64,000 nt of DNA from Dicyema japonicum. Lineage: Eukaryota > Animalia > Dicyemida. Below, in pieces: positions 34,380 to 45,862 of the stretch. The stretch covers positions 124,001 to 188,000 of the forward strand of contig RDEW01000043.1 in assembly GCA_011109175.1 (NCBI GenBank). Direction: 5' to 3'. Position 1 is the first letter of the stretch. Every line of letters starts with the position of its first letter. The position numbers and the translations under genes were made by a program. The notes under the pieces are model-generated. The model did not search any database, was not told where the DNA came from, and saw only the letters and a program-made list of their open reading frames with translations.

Positions 34380-36200
34380 AAAGAAAGTCTTGGAAGAAAG
34401 TATTAACTTGGTTCATTATTTTTATCATAGTTTCTTACTTTTGAGAAAATATTTTTAAGTTGTCTATAAACACTAAGTGATTTGCTGCGAATGAAATAGA
34501 GCCTTTGCTTGGGTTATTCATTACCACTTTTGGGTATTTCGTCCATTATGAGTACAAATATCTGCGTTGACAGTGTAACCCTGCAGAATTTCCATTTTCA
34601 CTTCGAATTCCCCAATTTGTTTCCGATTGAAGTTCAATTTAATTTTCCACCTTGTGATCAAGTTCTTTACAAAGGTCACAATTCAGAAAGGGAGTCCGGA
34701 GTTATCGAGTACTCGATACAAAAAGTCATGATTCACCGAATCGAAGGACTTTTTAACTCTATCCACGCGGTGGCCAAAAAATCTTGTTCTGCTGGTTGAT
34801 GCATTGTTTTAATAGTTACTGCTCCTTAGCAGCCTGGCACATCCTTCGTGTTCCCAATTGATTGTCATTGATGGTATGCCTCAATATAGTCTGATAATTT
34901 TCTGTTCACACACTTCGTAGCCACTTGTATAGATCGGGTATACACATAATTGGGCTTAGGTCCTTTGGGGTATGGCACAAGTCTTTCTTCAGGATAAGAT
35001 ATGTGATTCCAGTGTAAAACCACTCATCTGGAGTATACTTTCCGTGTATTAACTTTAAGACCTTTTCACATTAATGGTCATGAATCGATGTGAATTTTTT
35101 AAGGAAGAAGTTGACACTCCATCACATCAGTTAGCTTTTTAGTTCGAAAGATGCTTAACCAATTCCAGGATGTTTTCTTTGCTAAAGTCTGAAAATGTGT
35201 CTTCTGCTCCAGTCACTCGTATTTTCATCGAAAATGTGTTCTCATTGCTAGGCTGTTCTTTCAAATGTTCTCCCAAAATAAAAGACACTGGCTTTCGTTG
35301 AATAAAAATTGAAAATTCTCTTGTTCCTCGTCTAAGCCACGATAAAAACATTTTCGGTTAAGTTCGAAACACCGATATTTTCTAAATTCATATATTCGAA
35401 GTCTCTTCTCCGCAATCTTTATGTTATCCTGGCTACAAGCGCTGATTCTCTCAAGTTCATCTTTCTTTGACTTTCGGTATCCATATTGACAAAGCATATC
35501 CCTCGTTTCATTGTCGTATCTTTGGTTTCCTCTCATTCCAGTATTCTCTGTTATTTGTTCAAGCTGCTTCTTCAGTCTTGTAAACTTGGCTTCCATATGG
35601 TAAGTCCAATCGCTCTTCTTTCGAGGACGCTGTGCGAGAACCTCATACGCCCGCTGTCCAGCATAGACAATATCCGTGATATCGCTTATATTGGTGGAGA
35701 TAACTTTATATAATTTTTGATTGGAGAGTTAATAGAAATCAAAACCTCCTTTCTAAGAAGTTGGTATGGTATTTTCTTCGTAGGTTTCCTACCATCGCGA
35801 GTAATTAACCTCACTTTACATATTTGGGAGTATAGCTCATCTATAGCATCTTTGTAGATATTCCGATTTTTTGGACACATTTCCTAGTTTCCAGATCCAT
35901 TTGAGCAATGGGACACACAGGTTTGGATTTCATAAGTTCTTCAAGTTTGCTACAGACTTCAACGTATAAAATTTATCATTAAAGGTTTTCGGTATTAAAG
36001 GCCATCCTCCTCGAGGTTATCTTTCAAAACTTGACTTGGATACTCGGAAAACTTCAACATCCACTCAACTATGTCCTCCTTATTCACCTGTTCGATAATC
36101 GCCTGGAGAGATATGACATTAGTTTGGGTCTCCGGTAGAGAATTTTGATCAATTTCTTGCACTCCGAACAGCCCCCGGATCACTTCCCCTGCGTTCTCAT
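34380..36200 (-). mobile_element. R4/Dong-like element, N-terminal to pre-RT region, decayed
   Basis: RKPTKKIPY, FELNRKCFYRGL, LVPYPKG: homologous to the pre-RT part of 57450-60500. Confidence 0.7.
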
Positions 36201-36348
36201 TGTTTGTTCATCCGGTACATTCACAGGAAAGTCCGTAGGAAACTTTCACTCTTATTAGTAGAAACAAACGTGTTCATCACCACAAGAATTATTAAAAAAT
36301 TAATTAAACGATATTTAGGTAAATTAGAGAATCACTCTACCCCTCAGA

Positions 36349-36419
36349 CCCGAGGTAGCTCAGGGGTAGAGTGGGAGACTGTAGTTCTCTAGGTCCCGGT
36401 TCGAATCCGGGTCTTGGGA
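36349..36419 (+). tRNA. tRNA-Tyr-GTA: tRNA-Tyr(GTA), intronless
   Basis: CCCGAGG TA GCTC AGGGGTA GAGT G GGAGA CTGTAGT TCTCT AGGT CCCGG TTCGAAT CCGGG TCTTGGG A: C1-G72 and A73 Tyr identity elements, immediate T-run terminator. Confidence 0.92.
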
Positions 36420-36959
36420 TTTTTTTTATATTTTAAATATTTTTCTAATAATTATTTTCATCTCGGTTTTAAAATTCAACTGTCGTTAGGCACCAGAAGT
36501 CTCCACAGCAAGTAAAGTTATTTTATCAGGTAAGTCAGCATACTTCGGCTTTCATAGCGGCCGAACAGGCTCTATACACTCTGAAGTGGGCTGTTAGGAC
36601 TAATGTGTCGGTAAGAAACTCATCTCATCCAGTCATGTTCCGTCAACTCTGAAAATGCCAACTGGTTAAAGCATAGAAGGGTATCTGACAGACAAAAGGC
36701 TTGTCTAACGACTTATTCACGGCCATGAGTCTGGGAGATCTTCCAGAATTTTTCCTGCAGGAGAGTGGGTGCATGAAAAGTCAGTCAATCTGGTCCCCGT
36801 ATTGTCCGGAGAGTGGGTGCACGCCAATCCAGTCAATGTGGTCCCTGTATCTACATCTAGATGTGTATGGGCATGGATAGTAATCACTAGGGCGGAAATA
36901 ATATTACATTTTTTTAAGACATTTTAAAAACAAAATAGTACAATTAGGACATCTTAAGA

Positions 36960-39880
36960 AAAAATAGGAACATTTTATTTTGGATAATAATCTGACGCTA
37001 CTCGTTGTGATCGTTGTGGCGCTAAGAGCAAAGATGAGAGCCTTGATCCAATTCGTCGGGATCACTTAGTTTAGTTTTTTTGGATGATCCATTCACGGCC
37101 TGTTCGTGTGGCTTCCACATGTCCTGTGGCGGAATGACTAAAAAACATTCCGATTGGCACTGTCGGTCATGTCTCCTACTAGATAATACGACATACTCGG
37201 CCCTACCCTTCTGAACATGTTCCACTAGACCATCAGGAAATACTTGAATTGATCTCAAACTGACACACACACGAAGACAACTGATCAGGATCCCCAAAGC
37301 TCCGTATATCTGTCGCGGACTGCCTATGTGAGTGTATTGAAAGGACAGTCTCTTCGGACGACTCTGAGGATTGGCTACGATTATTTTGCTTCTCTCCATT
37401 CACATTATGCATACCCCATTGGAGGGGAAAGAGGAGAAATCACTTACGTCATTAGTAAAGGAGAATGTCCACACATTCTTCTCAAGGAACCCATTGGCAG
37501 ACTCAGAAAAGCTCACCTACAAATTTCAAAACCATGAGAAGCCAACATTGACTATCTCGGACACTCAGAGATTAAGAAGTGCGATCCGTCGAAAACTTTC
37601 GGAAGGTGGTATCCGTGCTGCGGTGAGGATCCTTGGAGATCAACAATGTATAATTGAGCCGTCTGAACAGTCCTACGCATCATTTGTTGAGCGACACCCA
37701 AGTCTCCCCAACGACCACTGGGTTACCCCTTGCCCAGGACAATTTCCCAATCTACTTGTCTCTGAAGAGGACGTAAAAGATGGGATTCTTTCTTTCGTCC
37801 CGAGTAGCAGTGGAGGACTAGATGGGCTCCGTCCGGGTCATTTCAAAGAGCTCACTGCTCATAACATGGGCAACTCGGATCCGGCTCGTGTTGGCTATTA
37901 CCAAACTAATGAACAGGATGCTATCAGGGACACTACCAGAAACAATTCGACACGTAATGTTCTCCGCAAAGTTAATCGCATTTGACAAGAAGGGGGGGGT
38001 GGAATACGCCCTATTGCAGTCGGCCTGGTCTTCTGTCGGTTGGGCTCAAAGCTTGTATGCAGAGCGATCCTGCCTACGCTGATAACACAGCTACAACCAA
38101 CCCAAATAGGGGTCGACACACCGGGGGGTTGTGAAGCGGGAGTTCATGCTGTCCGAACATTCACCTAAAAGAACGTGAACATTCCTCACGTCAAAATTGA
38201 CATTAAAAATGCCTTCAACTCGATACGACGTGATACAATTCTGGAGGATTGCTTCACATACTACCCATCAGTGTACAGCTATATTCATAGCTCGTTCGGA
38301 AAACCATCCAGTCTGGTACACGGCCAATATTACATTCCATCGTTTTCTAGAGTCCAACAAGGAGACCCACTGGGACCTGCCTTGTTCAGCCTGGGAATTG
38401 CCCGTATCACAGTATATTGTTCCACTCCTCTGAGAGTATGGTATTTGGAGATTGCACCATGGGCGGCCACCCGAAGGATGTACTAGATTGTTTGAAAAGT
38501 CTGATAGTACAATTGGAATCCCTATGCCTAACTCTAAACACCAATAAGTGTGAAGTTACCAATTTTGGATTTCCACAGTCTGAATGAAATCCGATCTTTG
38601 GTATGTTCAGAGAGATCATTCCGAATGCCATAGAAACCAAATCAGAACAACTGGAAATACTTGGATGCCCTCTTACTGATGCTGGAATCAGTAACACTCT
38701 AAGAACAAAAGAACATCAACTAAAAACAACATTCAGACGTCTGGAGATGCTGGACGCACACATCTCCCTATTCCTCCTAAGAAACACCTTATCAGCACAG
38801 AAACTGAACTACGCTCTTCGGGCACCCTGCTACTTGAAAATGCGACAGCTTGATGCTATCGATTCCCTCTTCCGGAGTACTATTGAACGTATCACAAATG
38901 TGAAATTTGACGACCAAGGGTGGGACCAAGCGACCCTACCTGTTAGCCTGGGCGGACTGGGAATCCCTTCAACGAAAGATCTGTCTTGCACTGCTTATCT
39001 ATCCTCTTTGGCTCCAGCCGACTGCTGGTCAGGATGATTCTCCAACTCCAGACAGAATCATCTGAAATCACAGAGATGGAGCATTTGAAGGGGATGATGC
39101 CTGAGCAGAAAGATCGTTACAGGACCATCCGCGAGGATAAATATGAGAGGCTTCTGAACCAATCAAACCAACACAGACGTGCCTGTCTAGTCACTGGAAG
39201 ATGCGAATCGAGTGGCGCATGGATCAATGCACTCTCAGTTGGCAGTGTCGGGACCCACCTTGACGACGATACTGTCCGCATCGGCATCTCCACCAGACTT
39301 GGACTGGAAATTTGCCGGACCCACAAATGCCGATGTGGCGCAACTGTCGATTGTTATGGACTCCATGCCCTCTCTTGTCGAAGGAGTGCAGGACGATTCC
39401 CAAGACACAAGGCGATCAACGGGATTGTCAAGCGAGCCCTGGAGTCTGCGGGATACCCAGCCATACTAGAACCTGTTGGTCTGGACAGAGGAGACGGAAA
39501 ACGTCCCGACGAGATCACAATTTTCACATTCGAAGAGGGGAAACCTCTGGTCCAGGACACTACTTGTGTCGACTCCCTTTACCGTCCAACATTGTCGAGA
39601 GCGCGGTAGACACACTCCATGCGGCGAAAAAAATGATGAGGGCAAAGGAGAAGAAATACGAAGCGCTACGCGACCGATTCGCGTTCTAATCCATTGTGGT
39701 GAGACAACTGAAAGAATAAGTGGAAAATCGCTTTGCTTCCTAAAGAAACTTGGACGCTTAGCTACACTAAAAAGCCACGACGCACGTGAGACTCGGTGGC
39801 TTCTTCAGTTGATCTCTGTTGCAATCGTGAGAGGCAACGCAACGTCGATAATGTCGGCGGGGACCACTTTGGATGAATTT
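36960..39880 (+). mobile_element. CRE-like element, near full length (PHD-like finger, RT, CCHC, RLE), frameshifted
   Basis: SSGGLDGLRPGH, DIKNAFNSIRRD, VQQGDPLGPALF, LGGLGIP, HKCRCG...HALSC, RHKAINGIVKRAL, DGKRPD, QLISVAIVRGNA. Confidence 0.93.
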
Positions 39881-41100
39881 ATTTATTTAATAACCCCGAA
39901 AAGGGAACACCAAGAAAGAAGGAGTAAACCAACTAATTAAGTGATCCCGGTACGCCTCAACAGGATCGAAAGGTTTTTCCTGTGTTCCTCCAGAGTACCC
40001 ACGGCTTTCCTGAATAGACGACGATCATCTTTCATTAGAGTTTGAAGAGTAGTGGGTTTTTTCTCTAAATTTCGTGTATTTGAGCAAGCATTGGAAAGAA
40101 AAGATCGGGGGGTAGATTCGTTTGACGTGCTAGCTTTCCAATTAGGGTATTGATCTTATTTGATATCGAAGCTCCATAGGCCCATGAGGCACAAGCGTAC
40201 TCAATCGTCGGTTTTAGGAGTTGATTGAACACGACGAGGGCGCATTCCTGTGAAGGTTTGGATTTCAAGAGCGGTTTGATTATATTAAGTTTCCTGAGAC
40301 CCTTTGTGATAACGTACTTCACATGTTGAGAAAATGTCATCAAAGGGTCAAATGTCACTCCCAGGATAGTTGGACGAATCTGTAGTGGTAAGGAGTCTCC
40401 AATAATGTTCAAGTCCAGTGTATGTTTTTCTTTTCTGTCCGTGGTGAAGATTGTATACGTTGATTTATCCCTGGATACGGAGAGACGATTCAACTTCAAC
40501 CAGGCTCCCAGGTCGTCAATATGTGACTGAAGCTCTGATTTTACTGTACCCACGTATTTGTTCCTGCTAGCGATGATTAGTTCGTCAGCATAAGTGAGAA
40601 GCATTGAATCTGGTCCTCCAGGGCAGGGTAAATCGTTGAGGAACAAGTTGAATAATGCCGGAGAGAGGGGCGATACTTGAGGGACGCCATTTGGTAGGAG
40701 ACGGGACCTCGATCTTGCGTGGCCTATACAGACACGTCCTCTTCTTCCGGAGAGAAAATTGGCTATCCATCTTTTCAAATCCGACTGAATGGTGGTGTCA
40801 AAAACCTTCTTCGTGAGTAATATTCTCGAGACAGAATCGAACGCCTTCTGGATATCCAGGGAAACCATTATTGTCCGTAGATGGCGTTTCGGTACGTTGA
40901 ACCCTTCTGATATAAATTGAGAAAGTGAAGTCAAATGTGTCGTAGTTGAACGCTCACATTTGAAACCATGTTGAAAGTGGCAGTCGGGCAAATGGGGTTT
41001 AATTTTCCAGAGTACGAGTTTCTCCATTAGGCGCGATAATGCGCACGTTAATGAAATTGGACGGTAGGAAGAAGGTGATGTTCTCGGTTTTCCTGGTTTA
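39878..41100 (-). mobile_element. I/Jockey-group LINE, RT to 3' end
   Basis: ORF 40065..41027 QHGFK..RSTTT...LDIQKAFDSV...GVPQVSPLSPALF...YADE...ILGVTFD; C-terminal ILLRRTGIT*; tail CGGGGTTATTAAATAAATAAAT. Confidence 0.92.
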
Positions 41101-41404
41101 AGAATTGGTATTATAAGTGAGTTCTTCCATTTGGATGAATGGCAGTTTTAAATAAAAGAATAAATTTGTGTTGGTTTAAAAAATAAAAATAATTTTTTAT
41201 ATTCTCTTAAATCTCGATTTAATACAGTCAACAATTTATAAATTAACTGTTTCTTTTCATTATTACAATTTAGAGGGTGAAATATTTAATTGCGTTTCTT
41301 GCAGCCCATAGGTGTAAACTCCAAAGAGATTGTGCTAATGGAATTAATAGCCACAATGAGATGGATAACTATGTAACCACAAAAGCAAATAAATAGAGAA
41401 ATAA

Positions 41405-42339
41405 TTAATGGTTATTAATAACTTTGATGACATTGTCTAATAAAGAACTAGCCCCAATACGAAATAGTTTAGGGGTGAGCCACGAGTCTCCCAATTCATG
41501 TTTCACTAGTGTCATCCATTGAAAGGCTTGCTCAACTGTTCTGATTCCACCACTGGTTTTCATTCCAATTTTCTTGCCTGTCTTTTCATAATATTTTTTG
41601 ATAACAGCAGCCACGTGAATTCCGGCCTCATAAGTTGCCAAGTCAGATCCAAAACCAGTACAAAGTTTAACAAAGTCACATCCTAAACTAAAACCAGGTT
41701 ATAACCGGCCAGAATGCTAACAGCCGCTGCTTTCTGGATGAGATCCCCATCAATAAGTTCTCCTGAGGAGATTATGACCTTAAGAGTCGCACTTGGACAG
41801 GCTTTTCTAAGAATTGTAAGTTCATCGAACAGTTCTAATGATTATACATTTCATACCATCCCATAGGTTTGCAAAAACTAACCCACGTGGAATTACTAAA
41901 TCAATTTCTGACACTCCATGCTCCACTGCATATTTAATTTCGATCTCTTTGACACACAAAGGGACCTGGGCGTGAGGAAATCCCCCACACACTTGGAATG
42001 AGTACTTTACCTACCAACAGCAGTCTTCATCGTCTCAGAACAGCCATGACGTGTGAAAAACTCCACCAAACATTCAGAAAAACAGGAAAAACAACAAATT
42101 CCGGCAACTTGATATGATTGGGGACCAAACGGGCCAAGTCCCTTAGAGCATATATTTTCAATTTTTGTAGAGTTATCATGAGCTGTCAAACAAGTCAAGT
42201 CTATGTATTTTGTGATTTCTACAACATCTTCAGGAATTTTATAATTATCAGTTTCTTTAATTTCTTTAACTTTTTCTGCAATTTCTTGGTTAAAAACCGT
42301 TAAGAGTGAATCAATTTCCTCTGTAACGCAGCCTTGCAT
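41405..42339 (-). CDS. DERA: Deoxyribose-phosphate aldolase, 3 introns (23, 22, 23 nt)
   Basis: YIDLTCL, VCGGFPHAQ, EIDLVI, LKVII, DFVKLCTG, GMKTSGGIRT, FRIGASSLL; eukaryote-type DERA with the catalytic lysines present. Confidence 0.93.
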
Positions 42340-42689
42340 CGATTCCTATAATAATTAAAAAAAAACAAATTTTATTTTAAATATTAAATTATATTTTTGA
42401 CAATTGACTTTTCAAAAACATTGATGGAAACACAACTTTCGGGTCAGGAGGGTCTTGGAGTTATTTGAAACTGAGGTAATTAGTTTAATCTGAAATTTTA
42501 GTCTTTTGGTCATAAATAAAATAACCTTTTTAAGAATTAACAATTTGAAATATTTATATTTCAAGAAAAACATTGTTATGACCTTTGATGATAGGTATGT
42601 CTTACTTGTATCACTTTTCTACCACATAGTGCCTCGGCTGCTAGCTTGACACATGGAAATACAAGAAACAGCCAAAAACATCAGACACA

Positions 42690-43185
42690 AATAGCTTTTC
42701 TGTTTGAGGATTATACGTTTAAACAGTCCACTACCATCGATTGTTATGGACACCATTCCCTCTCGTGTCGAAGAAGTGCAGGACGATCAACGGAATTGTC
42801 AAGCGAGCCTTAGAGTCTGCGGATTATCCTTCATACTTGAACCTGTTGACCTGGACAGAGGAGGCGGGATCACAATTTTCCCATTCTAAGAGGGGAAACC
42901 TTTGGTCTATGACGCTACTTGTGTCGACTCACTTTGCCCATCCAACATTGTCGGAGCGCTGTAGACACACTCCATGGCGCGGAAAACGATGATGACAAAG
43001 GAGAAGCAATACGAAGCCGATTCGCGTTCTATCCCATTGTGGTATAAGTGGAAAATCGCTTCGCTTCCTAAAGAAACTTGGACGCTTAGCTACACTAAAA
43101 AGCCACAACGCACGTGAGACTCGGTGGCTTTTCAGTTGATCTCTGTTGCAATCGTGAGAAGCAACGCAACGTCGATAATGTCGGC
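42690..43185 (+). mobile_element. CRE-like RLE fragment
   Basis: Near copy of 39330-39870 with internal deletions. Confidence 0.88.
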
Positions 43186-43619
43186 GAGGACCATGGTTGT
43201 CTGTGTTAATCATTTAATCTTGTTAGAAATTAAAACTTCCTTTAAATTTGTGCACCCTGTACTAAATTCAAGATCATTGGTTGCAAGCTTTCATCAAATA
43301 CCTTAGCTTTTGAAATGATGATACCTTCAGTAATAAAACCATTAATTTCATCCATCCTTGAAATACATTCAACAAGTGAATTATCAAGTTGACGATGTTC
43401 ACCTTGTTAATCGTAGTTTCAGTCTTCCAATTTTTCAAGGTTTTAATAATTTGTGAAAGTGTCGAAATTCCCAAATAAAGGTTCATTTTAATATTACAGA
43501 TATGGATTTATTCTCTGAGAGTCATTTTTGATGTATTTTTTCACAAATTTTCTTTTCTGTGCAATAGTAATTTGATTTCTAACCATGTGACACTAAGATT
43601 TAAATTTAAAATGTAAATT

Positions 43620-45862
43620 CATTTAAATGTGGAATATATACAAATTATGGCCACTAATGTGAATTGGTATTTAATGGCCGAGTACTTCTGGATCTCACCG
43701 ATTCTGCTGCGTTGGCCGCAGATCCAGGTTTCTGAGCAGATCTCAGAAGGAGCCAAGTGGAGAAGGTATCCACACAGGTTGCATCCCAGACCAATAATTT
43801 TCCGTGTAAATATTGGAAAAGCGTCTTGCAATCTCCACGATCCAGTCCAACAGGATCCAATTAGCTAAGAAGCCTGCTGCCTCGAGGGTTCACAGAATAA
43901 CATTATTCATGCGACGTGACGAGGTGAGTGACCTGCACTCCTTTTGCAAGACAAAGGATATAGTCCTTTGGTATCAACTGTTCCTCTACAACGGCATATA
44001 TGTTTCTGGCAGACGTTAAGTACCAATCGTTGTGCTATTCCGATTCTACAGTCGTCGTCCATAAGATTTCTGAAAGAAGCGCATGAAAATGCGTGGAGCC
44101 ATGCACCACCCCATGTTGTGCAGCAGATAGCAAACAGGCAAGCCGTGTTGGTTCGACTCTTAGTAAAGCTATCAACGATAGCCTTGCAGGAAATTGCGTC
44201 CCATTTGTTCTGATTCGAGAAATCATCCGGTATTGAAAATCCTGCTTACCTCCACCGCAAGCCAGCTTCGTCAAATACAGTGTCCAAGTAAAGTCCAGTA
44301 GGGTGACGTAGGATTTCCCGGACGAGATGACTGCAGCTCGAAAGCAACGATAGGTATGATGGATGGGAGATCTTGAAGGAGGTTTGCATTGTGTCCAACC
44401 CAGTTCGTCAAACGTAAATTCAGTAGTGACAGTATGCCTTAGCGTCTGATCTATACTCAGTAGCAAATCTTGATGTCCAGGCACAGGGAACTCCGCAGTG
44501 CGTATTCCAATTTCGGCAAACATAAGCTCTTTTTCATGAGGAAAAAAGGATGTGTGGAAGTCCAGAATAGCAAGTTTTTTCGTAAAGAGGGAAAGCTCCT
44601 CCGCTTTGGACTCTGGGTGTATCCGTAATTCTGTATTGTTGAGTGGGCATCCAAGAAAATAGACTTGCTCAGGGGGACGACAGATATTCCCGGTAATAAT
44701 AATAACAACAGCCTTTTCATAAGAGCCATAATATTTATAGCTCCGCATAGGCAGGACACACACTTTATTTAAGTAAAGAACAGTTAATTTTAACTAACCG
44801 TAGAACCAAGGAATTATCTTCACTTCTTTTTTTCTTGTGTGTGGGTCCTTTCTAGACAATCCAGTTCCGCAGTGAGTATCCACTGATGACGGCGTCACTC
44901 GTCAATCCCTTTCCGCATTGTAGATGCGTGGAACCTTCTACCAGATGAACAGCAGCAAGAATCGAACCCGTTACCTAAGCCACTTTAGTCCGACACCTAA
45001 CCACTATGCTACCCGGCTCCCGGTAATAGAATGTTAAATATTCCTGCCACGCGGAAGAAATTGTTTTCCATTTATAAAATATTGATAAGTTCAGATTTTT
45101 TATGTTGACCTCAAGGCCGAGATCATGTAAGGCAGGTACAAAGTTCGATAGACTGGTATAAACATTTCTCCATGTCCCTCCAATTGTCGTCATCGAGATA
45201 CCAGAGGTTGAATTCAGTATCGACGGAACGAACGACTTGATCGACCGTCAATGCAAAGAGGAGTGGTCCTAACGGGTCTCCTTGCCGTACTCCGGACTGC
45301 GACTTGATAATTTTATCCCGAACCCAGAGAAGAATTTGATCCGTATGAAAGATTGACAATGGGAATGGGTTCAGGAGCTTGCTTTCTGCTTAATTAAATG
45401 ATAAGATCTCTCTTTAACCAATTGAAAGCATTAGTGATGTCCAGCTTTAATCCCAGACACGGGATTATTTTGGTTTTTTGTGAGAAACAACTCATTGCGT
45501 TCACTGAGGCTTCACATCTGTTACGTACCACTAAACCCAGGTGGATTGGGATAATTCTTCACTGATCCTTGGAGAGACAAGCCTGGAAGCAATTTTTGCA
45601 GCCAATCTTCGGAAATAGTTGCCAGCTGCAATGGAATGGGCGCCTCTATCACTTTTTTTGAAATCCAGTAGGTGGGCAGAGAAGGTCCCGTGCATGGAAT
45701 ATCCCCATTGATTATACGGTAGATAAAATTAGTGATCGAGTTGACGAGATTATGTACAGCTTCAGCTGTAGGACAAGACGACAGATCCTTGATATTGCCC
45801 TGACGTAGTCCATCCAGTCCTCCGCTGTTACTGGAAGCAAACAATGTAATCGAGACTCTCAT
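43620..45862 (-). mobile_element. CRE-like element, RT to 3' end, interrupted by a SINE
   Basis: SGGLDGLRQG, SGVRQGDPLGPLLFAL, WYLDDD, LPKLEYALRS, DRGDCK/LVWDATCVDT. Confidence 0.9.
44699..45017 (-). mobile_element. SINE family 1, full length (319 bp) with an 11-bp TSD
   Basis: TSD TCCCGGTAATA at 44688-44698 and 45018-45028. Removing it restores CRE frame NILLPGISVVPLSK. Head GCCGGGTAGCATAGTGGTTAGG (A box)...GGGTTCGATTC (B box); tail (TTA)n. Confidence 0.95.

Noticed and set aside
36782-36850. Two ~49-bp direct repeats (GGAGAGTGGGTGCA...CAGTCAAT.TGGTCCC)
   Set aside because: A simple local tandem duplication with no further structure or third copy.
30290-45862. SL-RNA or snRNA target specificity of the CRE-like elements
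   Set aside because: Flanks of the CRE copies share no common target sequence and I found no SL RNA or snRNA-like gene at their ends.
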